The notes beneath the pieces are model-generated. The model did no database searches. It was given only the letters and a program-made list of their open reading frames with translations, and was not told the DNA's origin. A stretch of 63,829 nucleotides of DNA, filler included, from Folioceros fuciformis (lineage: Eukaryota): the NCBI GenBank assembly GCA_049999805.1. It is 14 parts of 14 records of this genome, joined end to end, with 100 filler letters (N's around TTAATTAATTAA, not from the genome) between each part and the next. Parts side by side here need not be neighbours in the genome. Positions count along the whole stretch, not along the records: positions 30,945 to 39,219 come from JBNGIO010003261.1; positions 39,320 to 45,326 come from JBNGIO010003262.1; positions 45,427 to 48,915 come from JBNGIO010003263.1; 11 more parts are not named here. One strand, 5' to 3'. The position numbers were made by a program, and so were the translations under genes. The first letter of the stretch is position 1. Every line of letters starts with the position of its first letter. Shown here one piece after another: positions 36,377 to 49,015 of this stretch.

Positions 36377-39191
36377 TCACTCCAATTCAGCGACGATTCT
36401 TTTCTTTCTAGCTGATTGTCGTGGAGCATCTGGAGCGCTGTGCGCCCTCTTCCTGCCCTCTCGCCTCCTTTCCGCCTCGTCCATTGTGTGACGTAGCTTA
36501 GTTGCCTTGTATATCGCCTTCGGAAGATGACGATGTCTGAAAGGGGAGAGGAGACAGTCCGTGAGATGTCATAACCCTGGGCAGCTCGTCAGCACGACGT
36601 TCCAATGCAACAACTACCGTACCTGTCGACACGCTTGATATCGGGGAGGTGATTGTACCGCCGCTTCAGAGCAGTAAGGTAGGCCTGCTTTTGTTTCTCT
36701 CTGGGAAGAAGCTGCAATCGAGTTGGGGGATGACGATTTCAGCTTAAACTGGAAGTAAGATTCCAACAGTTGTTGATGAGCGTAACACGCTGAAAGGAAA
36801 AGAAAGATCAAGCAAATGATCACTCACAACGCCGAGCTGCTGTGACGCATTTGCCTTCCAGAGGCGAATGTTGGTGTCATCGCTTCCAGACAGAACATAC
36901 GTGCCGTCATTGCTGAATTTGACACAGAATACCCTAGAGCGAGGAACGAAGGTAAGCACGAGTAGGATGTCAAAACACGAGAAAGGGACGGCATTGGTCA
37001 ACGGAATACAAACCTTTGCATCCGTTTAGTGTGGTATGCTTCCCTGGAATGACCCCCGTTATAGGCAAACAGCCTCACCTGGGAGACAGCGATGTCACGT
37101 GTTATCTCTGTCGTTGGCCCACTGGACATCGTAGAGGCAACAGAGGTTTGGGTCACTTACTGTTCTGTCATAGGATCCTGTCACAAACTCTCGTCCCGTT
37201 GGTGAATAGTCAAGGTCCAGCCTGGTTTACACCACAACAACCATTTTTTAGCAGACAGACTTGACCAATGCACAATGTTGATGCCTATCCTGACTTCAGA
37301 ACCACAAAGCCAATGGCAAAGGTCGAGAAAGAAAGATCACTCACACGGCGGACACATGGCCTTTGTGGATACAAGTAGAGTAGTTCAGCTTCCGCATATC
37401 ATAGCTGTAACAATTAAAATCCTCATTCGCCTGGGGTCAGAGAAAGAGCTTCGTGAGACGTAGTAAGATCAGGTACCCCAAGCAGCACCGCTTGGGACAT
37501 GCATTGCTTAAGCAGCAGAGATTTGAGACTCACTGCGGTGAAGTTCATTGGCTCTTGAGGATTCCAAGCAACCATATTAGTCCTAGTTTGCATGACTAAT
37601 TTCCTGACTGGGGTGCCCAATCGCAGGTCATACAGAGCTATGCTGCGATCACTGCAGAACGACATTGAAAATCGGCATCAGAAAAATCAGAATCCCAGTC
37701 ACCAGCACGCGTGAAGACATTACATGAGCTCCAATCTGACCTGGCTGTGGTAGCAAACACATCATGCTCAGCTGGGTTAAACCGCACTGAGATCACAGTA
37801 TCCGATCCCCAGGAGAAAGTCTTCAGCGGGTCCGACCTGTACAACCCATCAAAAAAGGAGGATAACGATCAGAAACGCGAACCCAAAGTGGCATGCAGAA
37901 TAATGAAACCAGATGCATTCCCGCAGTCCATCCGGTTATTGCACCTGTTGTGATCCCAAATGTCCACCTGAGCTCCCGCAGTGGCAAACAATGGTGTATT
38001 CCATTGATGGTCGACGGCTCTGAATGAATTCTTTCCTTGATAAACTGCCAAAGGCTAGAGGACAAAGATATGGCACTGTTGTCACCTTCTGGATAAGGTC
38101 AGGTGATACAAAACAGGAAAAAAGATTCCTCGGCAGCGATGATATCAATTCCGAGGGGCTTGAAGTGTACCTCTTCAACCGCTACTGTATCTCCAGTTGC
38201 ATCACCAACCACAGCCTGAGGAAGCCGCCAAAGCCTTACCCTGAAACATAAAATGGGTGAGACATTCTATGGCTGATACAAATTCTCCAGTCATCCTCAA
38301 CAGTTAGCTCCTCAAGAAGAAACCTGTTCCCAGTAAGGAAGCAGGAAACTCTACTTACGTGCAGTCATCCCCACAGGAAACGAGTAGCTCTCCATCAGTG
38401 GACAAAGTTAGACCCCTGACGGCACGAGTATGTCCAAGAAACTCCCGAACTGTACGCCTACAACAACACAGACCTGGAGTCTCAGTCATCTATCTGATGG
38501 ATCGCAGTGCTTGAGCGCAAGGGCCGGATGGGAGGAACCTCACCTGTAAGCTATGTCCCAGAGACGGATTGCTGTAGGAAGGGAACAAATGGAAAGCACT
38601 TTCTCAGAACCATACTAGGTCAACTACCAGACAGCAGCTATATCTGATCTAGAAAAACTGAGACAACTCGCGCAGCAGATGGACATAACTCACCGCCGTC
38701 CGAGGAGCCTGATACAAGAGTATTCAACTGTCTCGAATTTTTAGCCATGCAAGAAATGGAATCGGTGTGCCCATGTAGGGCTCCCATGAACGGCTTTGCA
38801 AAAACCTGAGATCTCAAGAAATAAGTGTCAGACAGGGGAGGCCAGCACAGAGGCATGCACCCATATGTAGCCAAAGGGAGGACGCTCGCTTTACCCTTTC
38901 CAGTTTGACTGCATTGGAAGCTCGAACATATTCCACACCCCTGCTTTGCGGATGAAGACTGGGATCTGCATTCCTAAACACTTTCTGCCAGACCAGATCA
39001 AGCTCCAAGTCAGTTGGGACATGGCCATGCCTCCCTAGGTCGCAGCGAGCTTCGCAAGCAAATTGAAAACTAAGGAGGCAAAGAACGATCACACGCAAGA
39101 ATTAGGTTTTCATGGAGTGCCCAACCTGCAGATCCTGACTGCGATCCTTCGCGAACTCGTCCACAGAGCGGGCAAGCACTTTCACCTTCAT
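36377..39191 (-). CDS. DCAF13: DDB1- and CUL4-associated factor 13 / SOF1 (WD40 U3 snoRNP protein); intact, about 15 exons
   Basis: Starts MKVKVLARSVDEFAKDRSQDLQ; KLERVFAKPF, QVDIWDHNR, FSWGSDTVISVRFNP, WNPQEPMNFT, YSPTGREFVTGSYDRT, YHTKRMQRVF, SGSDDTNIRLWKANAS, HRHLPKAIY; ends RKKRIVAELE*. Confidence 0.96.
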
Positions 39192-39319
39192 GATGGCGCC
39201 ACCTTCACGCTAACCCAGTNNNNNNNNNNNNNNNNNNNNNNNNNNNNNNNNNNNNNNNNNNNNTTAATTAATTAANNNNNNNNNNNNNNNNNNNNNNNNN
39301 NNNNNNNNNNNNNNNNNNN

Positions 39320-39870
39320 GGACCCGTCTGCCCGGCGTGCCATCCGCTTGGCCGCGATCCATCCTCCCTACCGACCACCTGGCTGATCCAATCGCAGGCC
39401 AGATCTTGCCAACCTGACTTGCTTCCCCCCACCGTTTGCCTTGGTGATCGGGCCAGGCGCCTGCCTACTTGGATCCACCTGCAGCCGGCCTTCCTGCCGA
39501 TCAGCCTGGCCGCCTACCCTACCAGTCCGAACCCGGCCAGCCGCCAGCCCCAGCTGACTGCCCAGCCTTCGAATCCAACCCTGGCCAGCTTGCTGGGTCC
39601 TTTAGCCACCGGCCCTACCTGATCTATTGGTCGCCCACAGACTCCTCAGTCGCTTGGCTACTGCCCACAGCCGGCCTTTGCAAGCCAGCAGCTATCTGGC
39701 CGATCAGCCAAGCTGCCTGCCTAGCACCAGCCGACCTGCCTCTACCTGCCATCCATCCAGATCCGTCCCAGCCAGCCACCAAGCAGCTGCCTGACTGCTT
39801 GCTGACGGGTCGGGTCTGTCTTCTGCAACCACCAACATCACCAGAGAGAGCCAAGCCCCTCTCGCCTTCC
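39320..39870. repeat. GC-rich low-complexity repeat, C-skewed orientation
   Basis: Reverse-complement vocabulary (CCAGCC, CTGGCC, GATCC) of 14075-14910. Confidence 0.7.
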
Positions 39871-40068
39871 ATGACGTCCTGGGGTTTACTATTCCTCCGT
39901 CACCTTACTCCAGGGACCAGAGCCCACGTCCTATCTACCACACAACCTACCTACCCTATCGACTCACCATCAATCTAGCTACTATTCTAACCTAATCTCC
40001 CAACCTTTCCTCTACAACACTCACTCACAAATCAAAAAAAAAAGAAAACCTATCATTTCCCAGGGGTT

Positions 40069-42495
40069 TGTTCAGCATGTGGAGTCCACAAGCAGCCCCA
40101 AAGAGCTCGTGCTCACCCAACATATGGCTGCTGACATCCTTCGGGATGTCTTCCACCCCACCCCTTCCTACATCAGTGGCTAACCTTGGCGCAAATCCGC
40201 TGAGCCTTGAACGAAAACAGCGAAGAACCAGCTTGCACCGACACCAAGGCCCCCCGAACGGCTTGGATTACCGCCTCGGTAGCATCTCTCGCCACCAGGA
40301 CCTCACTCTCCCACTCCATCTTGATGTGAGATTCTTGTGCCATCTTCCCACCTACCCCAACCCCCGATTCTGTAGCAGCCACGCTGGATCTATCCCGCAA
40401 CGGCCCGACGTCCAGAGCCCCAGGAGGGGTTTGTTGAAGGCGCTTGGAAGGATGGCTTTCCATACCTTCCACGACAGCCTCGCGGTTGGAGCCGGCCTCC
40501 GCCTGTTCCTTAAGAGTGCTCCCCTTGTGGGAGCAAGGACCCTAAAGGGAGCTCCCCAGAGTGGGAAGCTCACTGCAAGCGGTCGAGATTATCTTAGAGA
40601 CGCTGAGAGGCTTGGTGGCATCAAACACTGCTCTCAAGTCTTTCCTGGCCGATGCACTTTCTGGGGAGGCAAGTTGAGACCCGCGCAACGACTTGTCTGG
40701 GCTCTTGGTAGCAACATGGCACTCTGGACCCCCGGTCGTACCTTGTCTCTCTTTATGAGGGGCGCATAAGTTGTTTGCTGGCGCCATCCCTCCATTCCTG
40801 GAGTGCTCGCCATTAACAAGGTCCACCTCCATGGGTACAGAATCCTCTGCAAACATATCCTCTTCCCATCTAAGCTCCCAAGTGCTAGGTAAACTAATCG
40901 AGATCGGGGCAACGAGTAAGCCCAAGAATCCCAAATGGGCCTTGAAGACCACCCTAGAAGCCAATGTGACTTTGCCTTTGCCGAACTTTGTATCCCTAAT
41001 GTAGGCCGTCACCTGTGGTTCCCCCATCCACTGTGACACACCAGTGTCCCGGACTGGACACTCAGCACCCACCTCAATTAGTGTGACCGCAAACAAGATG
41101 GAAGAGGAGTCTTCTAGTCGGTGGCACACCATATTGTGGCGAGCCCCTTGAAGAACCTCTCACGACTTGTTCTCCATACCCCAACCACGCCTGAAGCATA
41201 CCCCAAGACCTTAGCTTAACAGTATCCCAAAAAATGGGAAATTGGTGCCCCATCGTGGCCCCAACCTGGAGGGAGCGCGTAGGTAAGGCTCTGAAGTCTC
41301 CCACCGTCGGCATCCAATAGTAGAAAACCTTACCCACCTTCTTCCTCATAAGGACACACACCTTGATGTGTGTGTTGACTACATCCACACTACTTGGGAA
41401 GAAACACTTCTAAATTCTACTTGCCCATAGTTGCGTGCTAGGGTTGGACCTCCAAGGTTTCTTGAGAACACCTTGAAAGCCTAGCAAAGGTCCCGAGGGG
41501 GCCTTCTCCGATTTATCCCCACCATTCCCGGCTCTTGAACGGAGAGGGCAAGTCTGCTTAAGGTGGCTCTTCAAGCCACAGACGCCGCACCTGACAGGCA
41601 AATCCGGGTAATCACAGAATTGCGTAAAACACCTAGCTGGGTCCTCCGGATCTCGAACAATGACACCTTCATGCAGGTTTAGGAGGCTGTCCACCCTCAC
41701 GCCGAAATGCGGGGGCTTGCTGCTATCAAAAAAGTGGGAGTCCACCTTGGGAACCTCCACCACTCGGCCTATGGTCCCCAAGATCTTGTGTATTATTGGA
41801 ATGAGCTGCACAGGAAGAGCAGGGAGCCCCACCCAGAGAAATTGCCTCTTGATATTCGACTGCATAATGGTGCTCCATGGGGACCAAGCTTCCACCAGCA
41901 CCGGACTGGAATCTCGAAGAGGGAGCGTTGTGTTTAAGATTGCTTGCGCTCCCGCTGCCTCATCACACTTGATTTGAAAGGATCCATCGGCTTTCAGGAA
42001 CACATATGCTGGCGGGCATCCCGAGAGTTGAGCCACCTAGCTCTCCAGCTCCTCGACTGAGGGGGGGCCACCAGACAACAACCGCCCCACAACAGATCTG
42101 GCAGCGAGATGGTCTTCTTCCTGTTGAAAATACCTCGCTTCCGGAAGAAACTTTGTTAGGGAGCCCAGCTGAAGGTCTGGCCTCTCTTTTGCCGAGCCCG
42201 ATGCAGATGTTTGAGTATTGCCCGCCTGTGCTTGTACAACAACACAGTCCGCCACCGACGTCCGTACTTGAGCATTGTTTTTAGCTTCAGCTTTTGTCCG
42301 GCTAGCGTCAGGTGGATTAGGGTCCTTTCCCCCTGCGTTTAGCCTCCTCGCACTCTGTTTACTAGAACACAAACCGACCACGGCCGCCCATGTGCCAATT
42401 GTTGAGCCCCCCCCCCGTGGGGGGGCTGATCGCTTCCATTGAGGCCCCAAGCTAGGCCGTTGCCAGCATCGCCTTCATCGCCCTCCCCTCCATCT
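40069..42495 (-). mobile_element. Plant L1-type LINE ORF1 (DUF4283 + CX2CX4HX4C knuckle), decayed
   Basis: VLVEAWSP, FLWVGLPALP, ILGTIGRV, DYPDLPVRCGVCGLKSHLKQTC. ORFs 42037-42450, 41410-42036 and 41074-41388 share one frame; 40542-41132 and 40173-40472 share another. Confidence 0.85.
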
Positions 42496-43340
42496 TACTC
42501 GTAGTGGCAGCAATAGTGCTAGTAGCAATGCCGGCTTGATGAGTATTGATTGCTGCTGCTAGCTTGGCATTGTAAGCCAACTGCAAAGCACTTTGAAATG
42601 TTGGATTGGGCGTAGCAACAGTAATAGAAAGGTCAACTTGGTGCGCTTCATACAAATGCACCGCTTCATCTATCAAGTGGTTAGACAATTACTCAAACAT
42701 ATACTAGTGGTTGTATGAGGTACCATACTTGAACCTGAGCCGGCTGATGACGGCGTTGAGAAATGCTTGGAATCCCTCAGGGATTGGGTGCCAGGCCTTC
42801 TTGAGAATTTCTCATTCTTATATGGACCTCCACCCTCCATGTTGCCAAAATCCTTGAAATACCTAACCTGGGTCTATCCGACATGTGATTGCGCCACTAG
42901 CTATTAGGTACCAGATGGTCCCAAGAATGGCACAACCTGCAACTGCCTCAGGGGTATTTGTCTTGTTTTGGGCACTTCCTCTCCTTCAAAATCAGTGGCT
43001 AAGGGTGGTGAGTTGAGTTCAACATTGGCTTCCACATCCTCTTGAAATTGATGTTGTCTCCTCCATGCGTATTCTTGCTTAGTGGAGGTGATTTATCCTT
43101 AAATGTTACGAGATCTCTGTCCTAAACAAGGATGGACTAACGAAGAGCAAGAGCACTTTTGACTTGCTATATGTGCTAGACAACGCTTCTAGGAGCATCC
43201 AGATCTTGCAAGAGCTCTACTAACCTAGTGTATTTGCTAGACAATGCTTCTTGTTTGACCTGCTATTTCCACGCTCCTACTCTTAGCACTTGTTAAGAGA
43301 GTTGTTGAAGTAAGAGTAGCAAGCATGTTATTATATAACA
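42496..43340 (-). mobile_element. Decayed gag fragment paralogous to 59.6-60.6 kb
   Basis: HLIDEAVHLYEAHQVDLSITVATPNPTFQSALQLAYNAKLAAAINTHQA aligns with HLANEALDLYEVHQAELTATVATPNPLF*NALQLAYNSKLANAINAHQA. Confidence 0.85.
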
Positions 43341-44646
43341 TGCCGCTAAAGATTACAAGGGCCTTACAAGATAGTGAGACTAGTGGTCTGGAAATCGCGC
43401 CCTTGCGTAGTGAATCACCCTCCCCAAACAAGATTGCCACAAACACAATAAGAAAGATTCCATACCAGGAGCCAAGAATGCTCTAATGGTGTTTAGGGCT
43501 TCACAGCATTCTCTAACACGACTTCAACAATTGACTTGCAAGTTGTAAGCTAGTACGTATATATAGCCTTAAGTTTTATCCATGTTTTGATACTATATAA
43601 TTATGTTGCGATCAACTAGCTATTTGAAATATAGCTATGTATATAATATGCATAAATATTCCTATCTAAAATAAACATTATAGTAAAAATAATATGTCCG
43701 TGCACAGGTATAAACTCTTATCTTTGCTTTGTTATCACTTATATGATAGTCAAGACAAATAGTGTTTTGGGATGCCTTGACTAAGCCTATGTCTAAGGCA
43801 TGGCACAAAATGGAGTGTTTCCTATTTGTTACTTTCATGATAAGTGTGGGAAACTTAAGGACGCAAGATAATGAAGTGGATGTGAAAGAGGAAGGAAGAC
43901 AATTAATCAAATGTAGTTTAGAAAGGAAGATAGTCTATCGGTTGTAGAACAAGAAGGAAGGAAGGAAAGGAGTTGTACAACAAGAAGAAAAATAATATTA
44001 AAATATTAAAATAAGAAATAATCAATTACAACAAAAAGGAAAGCAATCTTGTAAACCTGCTTCATGAGATAACCCTTTGGAGGCCAATGGAGGTACAATG
44101 TCCCATTGTCCCATTGTCCCAGTTAGCTCTGCAAGGGACAGAGTCACGTAACCTGTCTACATGTATCACATATAAATATTGATAAAATATTTTTTTATTT
44201 CACTTCGAATGAAAACATTGACTTAAGGTACGTCTGTACATAATCAGCGGATGGAGGTGAAAAGAGGGTGGTCGCGAAACGAAGGTAAAACATGTGGTGT
44301 GCACATGAAGGTAGTGTAGTGGTGACGGTGAATGAGAAAGTTTTACCCTGGAAAGAAAAGATTGCTGCCATCTCAGTTCCGCTGCCAGGTTTCTCTTTCG
44401 ACCTGCCTCGAAGTCTTCCGCTTGGCTTGGCCTCTCCTCCAGTCTGCTGCTCTTCTTTTCTCTACCCTTTCCATCCCCCTTCTCCCATCCCCATCCCCTG
44501 CTTTGCGCAGGGTCGCTGTCCCTGCCCGCCTGCCTTTCCCTTCGCTTTCTCGCTAACTTAGGGCGTGGCGACTCCTGTTCATCCGGCAGCAATTGCTGTG
44601 CGCTGCCTGTGGGCGCCAATCTTACAGGCGAATTCCAGCCCTTGGG

Positions 44647-45238
44647 ATGGAGACGGGCAACCCAGGGGAGAGCAGCGATGGTGGATCTTCCGTGGAGATC
44701 AAAATTAAGACTCTGGATGCGCAAACGTACACAATGCGGGTTGACAGAGATGTAAGTGCGGCACCCCGATTCCTTGTTGGAAATAAGTAGGGGAATGGTT
44801 GGGAGTATGGTCATTCGTCTCCATGTGCATAGGCGTTGCCCCCTTAGCGCCCGCGACTGTCCTGGGCATTCCTTCTGCGCTTGTGCATCGGCGCTGCATG
44901 AGATCTTGATTCCCGGGGACCTTAAGTTGTTGCAGGGGATGCCTTTTGTGGACTGATGCCTAGTTGGTTCAGCTGCGCCTTAAGGCCCTGAAGGGGGCTG
45001 CAAGTAGTCGTAGAGAGAATTGCTCGGATTGTTGCATGTGCTGTCGTGCCTGCCGTACTTGTCGTGTGAAGTAAGTCTGTAACATACTTGTTTAACTCTC
45101 CGTTTGATGTGAAAACGCAGATGCCTATTCCGGCTCTGAAGGAGCAGCTTGCCGCTTTGGTCGGGGTCGCGGTACCGAGCCAGCGACTCATTTGTCGTGG
45201 GAAGGTTCTGAAAGACGATCAGTTGTTGTCTTCTTACA
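44647..45238 (+). CDS. Ubiquitin-like-domain protein (BAG6/Scythe/CIP73-like), first two coding exons; 3'-truncated
   Basis: Exon 44647-44751 METGNP...VEIKIKTLDAQTYTMRVDRD; exon 45121-45238 MPIPALKEQLA...QRLICRGKVLKDDQLLSSY; pyrimidine-rich 5' leader upstream. Confidence 0.85.
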
Positions 45239-45765
45239 GTATCCGTTCTCAAGCTTTTAGGTGGTTGTGTTCAAAGGGGGTTCTGGGTGAGGAAGTATGG
45301 GGCGTTTGAGAGAGTGCTAGGTGATGNNNNNNNNNNNNNNNNNNNNNNNNNNNNNNNNNNNNNNNNNNNNTTAATTAATTAANNNNNNNNNNNNNNNNNN
45401 NNNNNNNNNNNNNNNNNNNNNNNNNNCGAGGCGTGGACACCATCCGAGCGCGTTAACCAAACTTGGGCCCTGCCAAATCGCTGGTCGCGGACCCCGTTAG
45501 ATCGCAGGCGTCGCGGACGTTGGGCCTCGGATTGCAAGCGTCGGAACGCCGACACCAAGAGTGAGGGCGCGGGCGTCGAACCAATCCCAACCGAGAGGTG
45601 GATAAATTCCAAATTTCAATCGGACAACAGGACTGCCGTCATGCATAACCGAGGCCTAAATTGTGGACCGCCGAATCGGAACAAGTTGTGAGGGTAACGG
45701 AATCTACATTTCATTTTGATCGCTTTCTAACTAGCCTTTTTCTTAATTTGCATCGTTTTTGAATC

Positions 45766-45819
45766 ATGACATCCTCAGAAAACGTCATGTTCAATATCGA
45801 GAAGTTAGATGGTACTAAC
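45766..45819 (+). mobile_element. Copia gag start interrupted by an LTR insertion
   Basis: MTSSENVMFNIEKLDGTN, broken exactly at the TG of the next LTR. Confidence 0.7.
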
Positions 45820-45995
45820 TGAGACTATATAAAAGATATATAGGCAGTTAGGGTTTATAGGTCGGTAGGTTAGTTTACTCAACCGCCACAACCGTCGCGT
45901 TCATAAGACATGCGACTGTAACTTCCAGTAATGTATTCTCTATTCTACGCCTACGCGCTCCCGTGTGCTCTTTGATAGTGTCATGGTATTAGAGC
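45820..45995 (+). mobile_element. 164-bp 5' LTR plus tRNA-iMet PBS
   Basis: TGAGAC...GTGTCA (45820-45983), immediately followed by TGGTATTAGAGC (one mismatch to the canonical TGGTATCAGAGC). Confidence 0.8.
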
Positions 45996-46779
45996 AAGAA
46001 TTTTTACACGAATTTTTCTGTTCTTGACCTACTTGATCATGTTGATTGCTGTTTGCGCTTGCATTTCTAAAAGCGTACAATAGCCTGGTTCTTTGAGCAC
46101 GCATTTTTGTCTTGTTCTTTGCTGGCATTATTTTTCTTGATGCCTTGTCCTGCCTTTTCTTGAGATCGGTGCGTTGCTGTCCGAGTTGTGTTGTTGTTTC
46201 TGATGCTTCCAGGGTCCCACTCCTGGAAAATGTCAATAGCCCCATTAGCAGGTCAACAACTATGCCTGGCTTCCAGAAACGCAAACAACTAGCATGCAGA
46301 GCTGCAAGACAACAATCACTACAAGCTTGGATAGAAGAGAGGGAGGAAGCTTATATGCGCTCCCTCAGTCCAACCCGCTGGCAACAAGTATGGCCTAGAA
46401 TTAGCATTATTTGCAAGCTTATGGCCACTAATGTCTTACAAGGGTTTCCGGCTTTAGATGGCTACGATTTCAACACCATTGATGTGTCTGACCTTGTTTA
46501 ATCAAGATGTTGCTGCCCTTTAGCAAGGAAATTTTCCACTTGTATATTCCCAGCTGTGGAGACCACATGGTAGATAGACCTCTTAGAAAATGGGTGGTAT
46601 TTGTTTTTTTTTGGAGTTTTGATAGAATTCCTTGGAGAGGTAAGTAGGAAACTATGTTAGATAAGTCTAGATTAAATAGGATGATCAGGAGATAGTGGTG
46701 GTGCAGTTTTGAAAGTCAACAATCGTCTAGCTAACCCGTGGTCGTGGAAAATGTGAATTAGGGGGTAGGGTGTGCCCGT

Positions 46780-48915
46780 GGAGAGGGACGCCGGCGTGTG
46801 TGGAGCCCTAAGTCGGGCGTGTGAGGGCAAGTTGTGGCCCCGGGAGCGTGCGAAAGGGGTTGGGCATAGACATGGGGGTGGGGTGCTTAGACTTGCCATG
46901 GCCTTGCCCAGGTGCGCTGAGGGTTGAGGATCCTGATAGCAGGTAGTTGGACAGGCCAGGATCAGGGCCAGGCTGGGCCGGGTCTTGGTTGGCAGGTGGG
47001 TCGACCTGCTGCTATGGTGGATTCGGACAGGCCGGCTGATCGGCGTCTGCAAGCCTCGGTTGGATCCAACAGGCCGGGGTGACTGCAAGGTGGCTCGAGG
47101 CAGGGAATAGGAGGGAGGCCAGTGGCGGGTAGCTAGGCAAGCTGTCGGGCTAGGCAGGCTGGGTCTCGTGGGAAGGCTGGCTAGGCCGCGGCCAAGCAGC
47201 AGGCTGGCTAATTGGCCAAGGCTTGGAGCCAGCAACGGCCGGCTGGTCAAGGCTGAAGGCTGGAGGCGGAGGCGGGCTGCGAGGGCTTGAGCAGTCTGGT
47301 CGGCTAGCTGGACTATGGTCAGCCAGCGGCCTGTCGGCAGCATGGGGACCGGCCAGGATATTGGCAGGTAGCCAGGAGGGTAGTCGGACTAGCGACGGGC
47401 CGGCTATTCGGCTAGCCATGCTATACGGCTAGCCTTGCTATATGGCTGGCTGAAGCTGGAAGAGGGGGCAATGTGGACCCCGTCGGATGTCTGAAGGCAA
47501 GGTCAGCGCCAGTGGCCGCGATCAGGGCTGCTGGCCTGGGTCATGGCGAGTGGGTGGTAGGTTGGGCAAGCGGCGGCGCTATGTAGCATGCTGGGGCCCG
47601 GCTGAGGTCCCGGCGGGATCTAGCGGGCAGGTGGCGGCGCAAATCCTTACAGACGGCTGCAAGCAAGCAGCCCAGTACCGGCTGCAGACGGGCAGCTTGG
47701 TCTGGCTGCAAGCAGGCAGCCTAGCTGCAGGCCGCCAGCCACTGCAAGAAGGCAGCCTCGCAGCGGCAGTAGGGACAGGGTGGTGTGTGGTTTTGGCCAG
47801 AGGGTAGATCTGAGTAGGCAACCAGTGGGTTGGGGGAAGTCCTGGCCGGAGGGAGTGTCGGATCGGCAGGCTGGCTGCCTACCAAATCTGGAAGGCAAGA
47901 GGCCGGTTTGCGGCCTCTGGGGATGGAGGAACCAGGCGGCGGAGCTGGATCTGCAGGTGTACTAGGCCGGCAGGCAGGCTGGTCGACCAGATGGGCGGTC
48001 TGTCTGGGAGAGCCGGCCAGCTAGGGTGTAGGCGGCCTGGTTGGGTGCTCGGGGCTGGCGGGCTGGTCGGATGGCGGCTGGTTGGAAGGAGTCCTGGTAG
48101 GGGAAAGCTTGGCCGAATCGGCGAGGTGGCCACCAGGAGGCTAGCCGGCTAGCCGGGTTGGCTGATTGGTTGCGGCTAGAGGCGGCTTGACAGGGCCTTG
48201 GAGTACGGCTGGGCTAGCAGCGGCACGGCTGTAGGTGGGCAGCCGGTGGGAGACCTGCTGGCTGGTAGGCGAACCTGGCAGGCTGGTCGGATCCCGAAAC
48301 CAGGCAGTCGGGGCAGATCTAGGCTGGTCGGGACTGGGGCTGGATCCGGAGGTTACCAGGCAAGCCGGCAGCGCAGGAAAGCCAGGGGCAGCGCCGAATC
48401 CTGGCGGGTTGTGGCTGGCCGATCCTGGAGCCAGGCAAGCGGCTGGCTGCTGAGGAGCAGGCAGCTAGCCGGGCTAGGCAGCAGGCAGGCAGCCGTGCAG
48501 CGGTGGAGGTAGGCCAGATGGGGGCAAGGCGCTCTGAGGGGCTGTGGCAGGTCTCCGGGGCAATCTATGGCAGACCGGTGGCCAGCTGGTGGTCTAGCGG
48601 GCTTCTAAGGAGCCTAGCCAACAGCCCAGCGTTCTAGGCAGCCCAGCAGCGTTAGCTGCGCCAGGCAGCCAGGCCGGGCAGGCTGGCTTGCTAGTCGGAT
48701 TTGGAAGGCAGACAGCTAGACAGGCTGCTGGAGCGCTGGCTGGAGCATGGCCAGGCAGCCAGGCAAGGCTGCTAGATCCAGGCAGATGCTGGCCGGATCG
48801 CCAAATAACCCAACCCGGCTTGGGCAGTAGGAGGTCGGCGGAGCTAGGCCAAAGCCAGGAAGGCTGGCGGCTGGCAGGCTGGCCGGATTCGGACCAGCAG
48901 CGCAGGCAGGCCAGG
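46780..48915. repeat. GC-rich, G-skewed low-complexity repeat, more than 2 kb
   Basis: Dense GGCTGG/GGCAGG/GGATC/GCTAG motifs; runs into the contig end. Confidence 0.75.
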
Positions 48916-49015
48916 NNNNNNNNNNNNNNNNNNNNNNNNNNNNNNNNNNNNNNNNNNNNTTAATTAATTAANNNNNNNNNNNNNNNNNNNNNNNNNNNNN
49001 NNNNNNNNNNNNNNN

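Noticed and set aside
30945..39219. Functional gene cluster (membrane protein, hydrolase, DCAF13)
   Set aside because: The functions are unrelated; this is an ordinary compact gene neighbourhood.
46856..46883. G-quadruplex motif GGGG-TT-GGG-N9-GGGGG-T-GGGG
   Set aside because: Such a motif is expected by chance in a G-skewed tract, and it has no independent support.
46672..48915. Protein-coding ORFs in the GC-rich tracts (also 14156-14584, 39469-39978, 62785-63730)
   Set aside because: They are overlapping P/A/G/R-rich ORFs on both strands, expected from stop-poor composition, with no domains.
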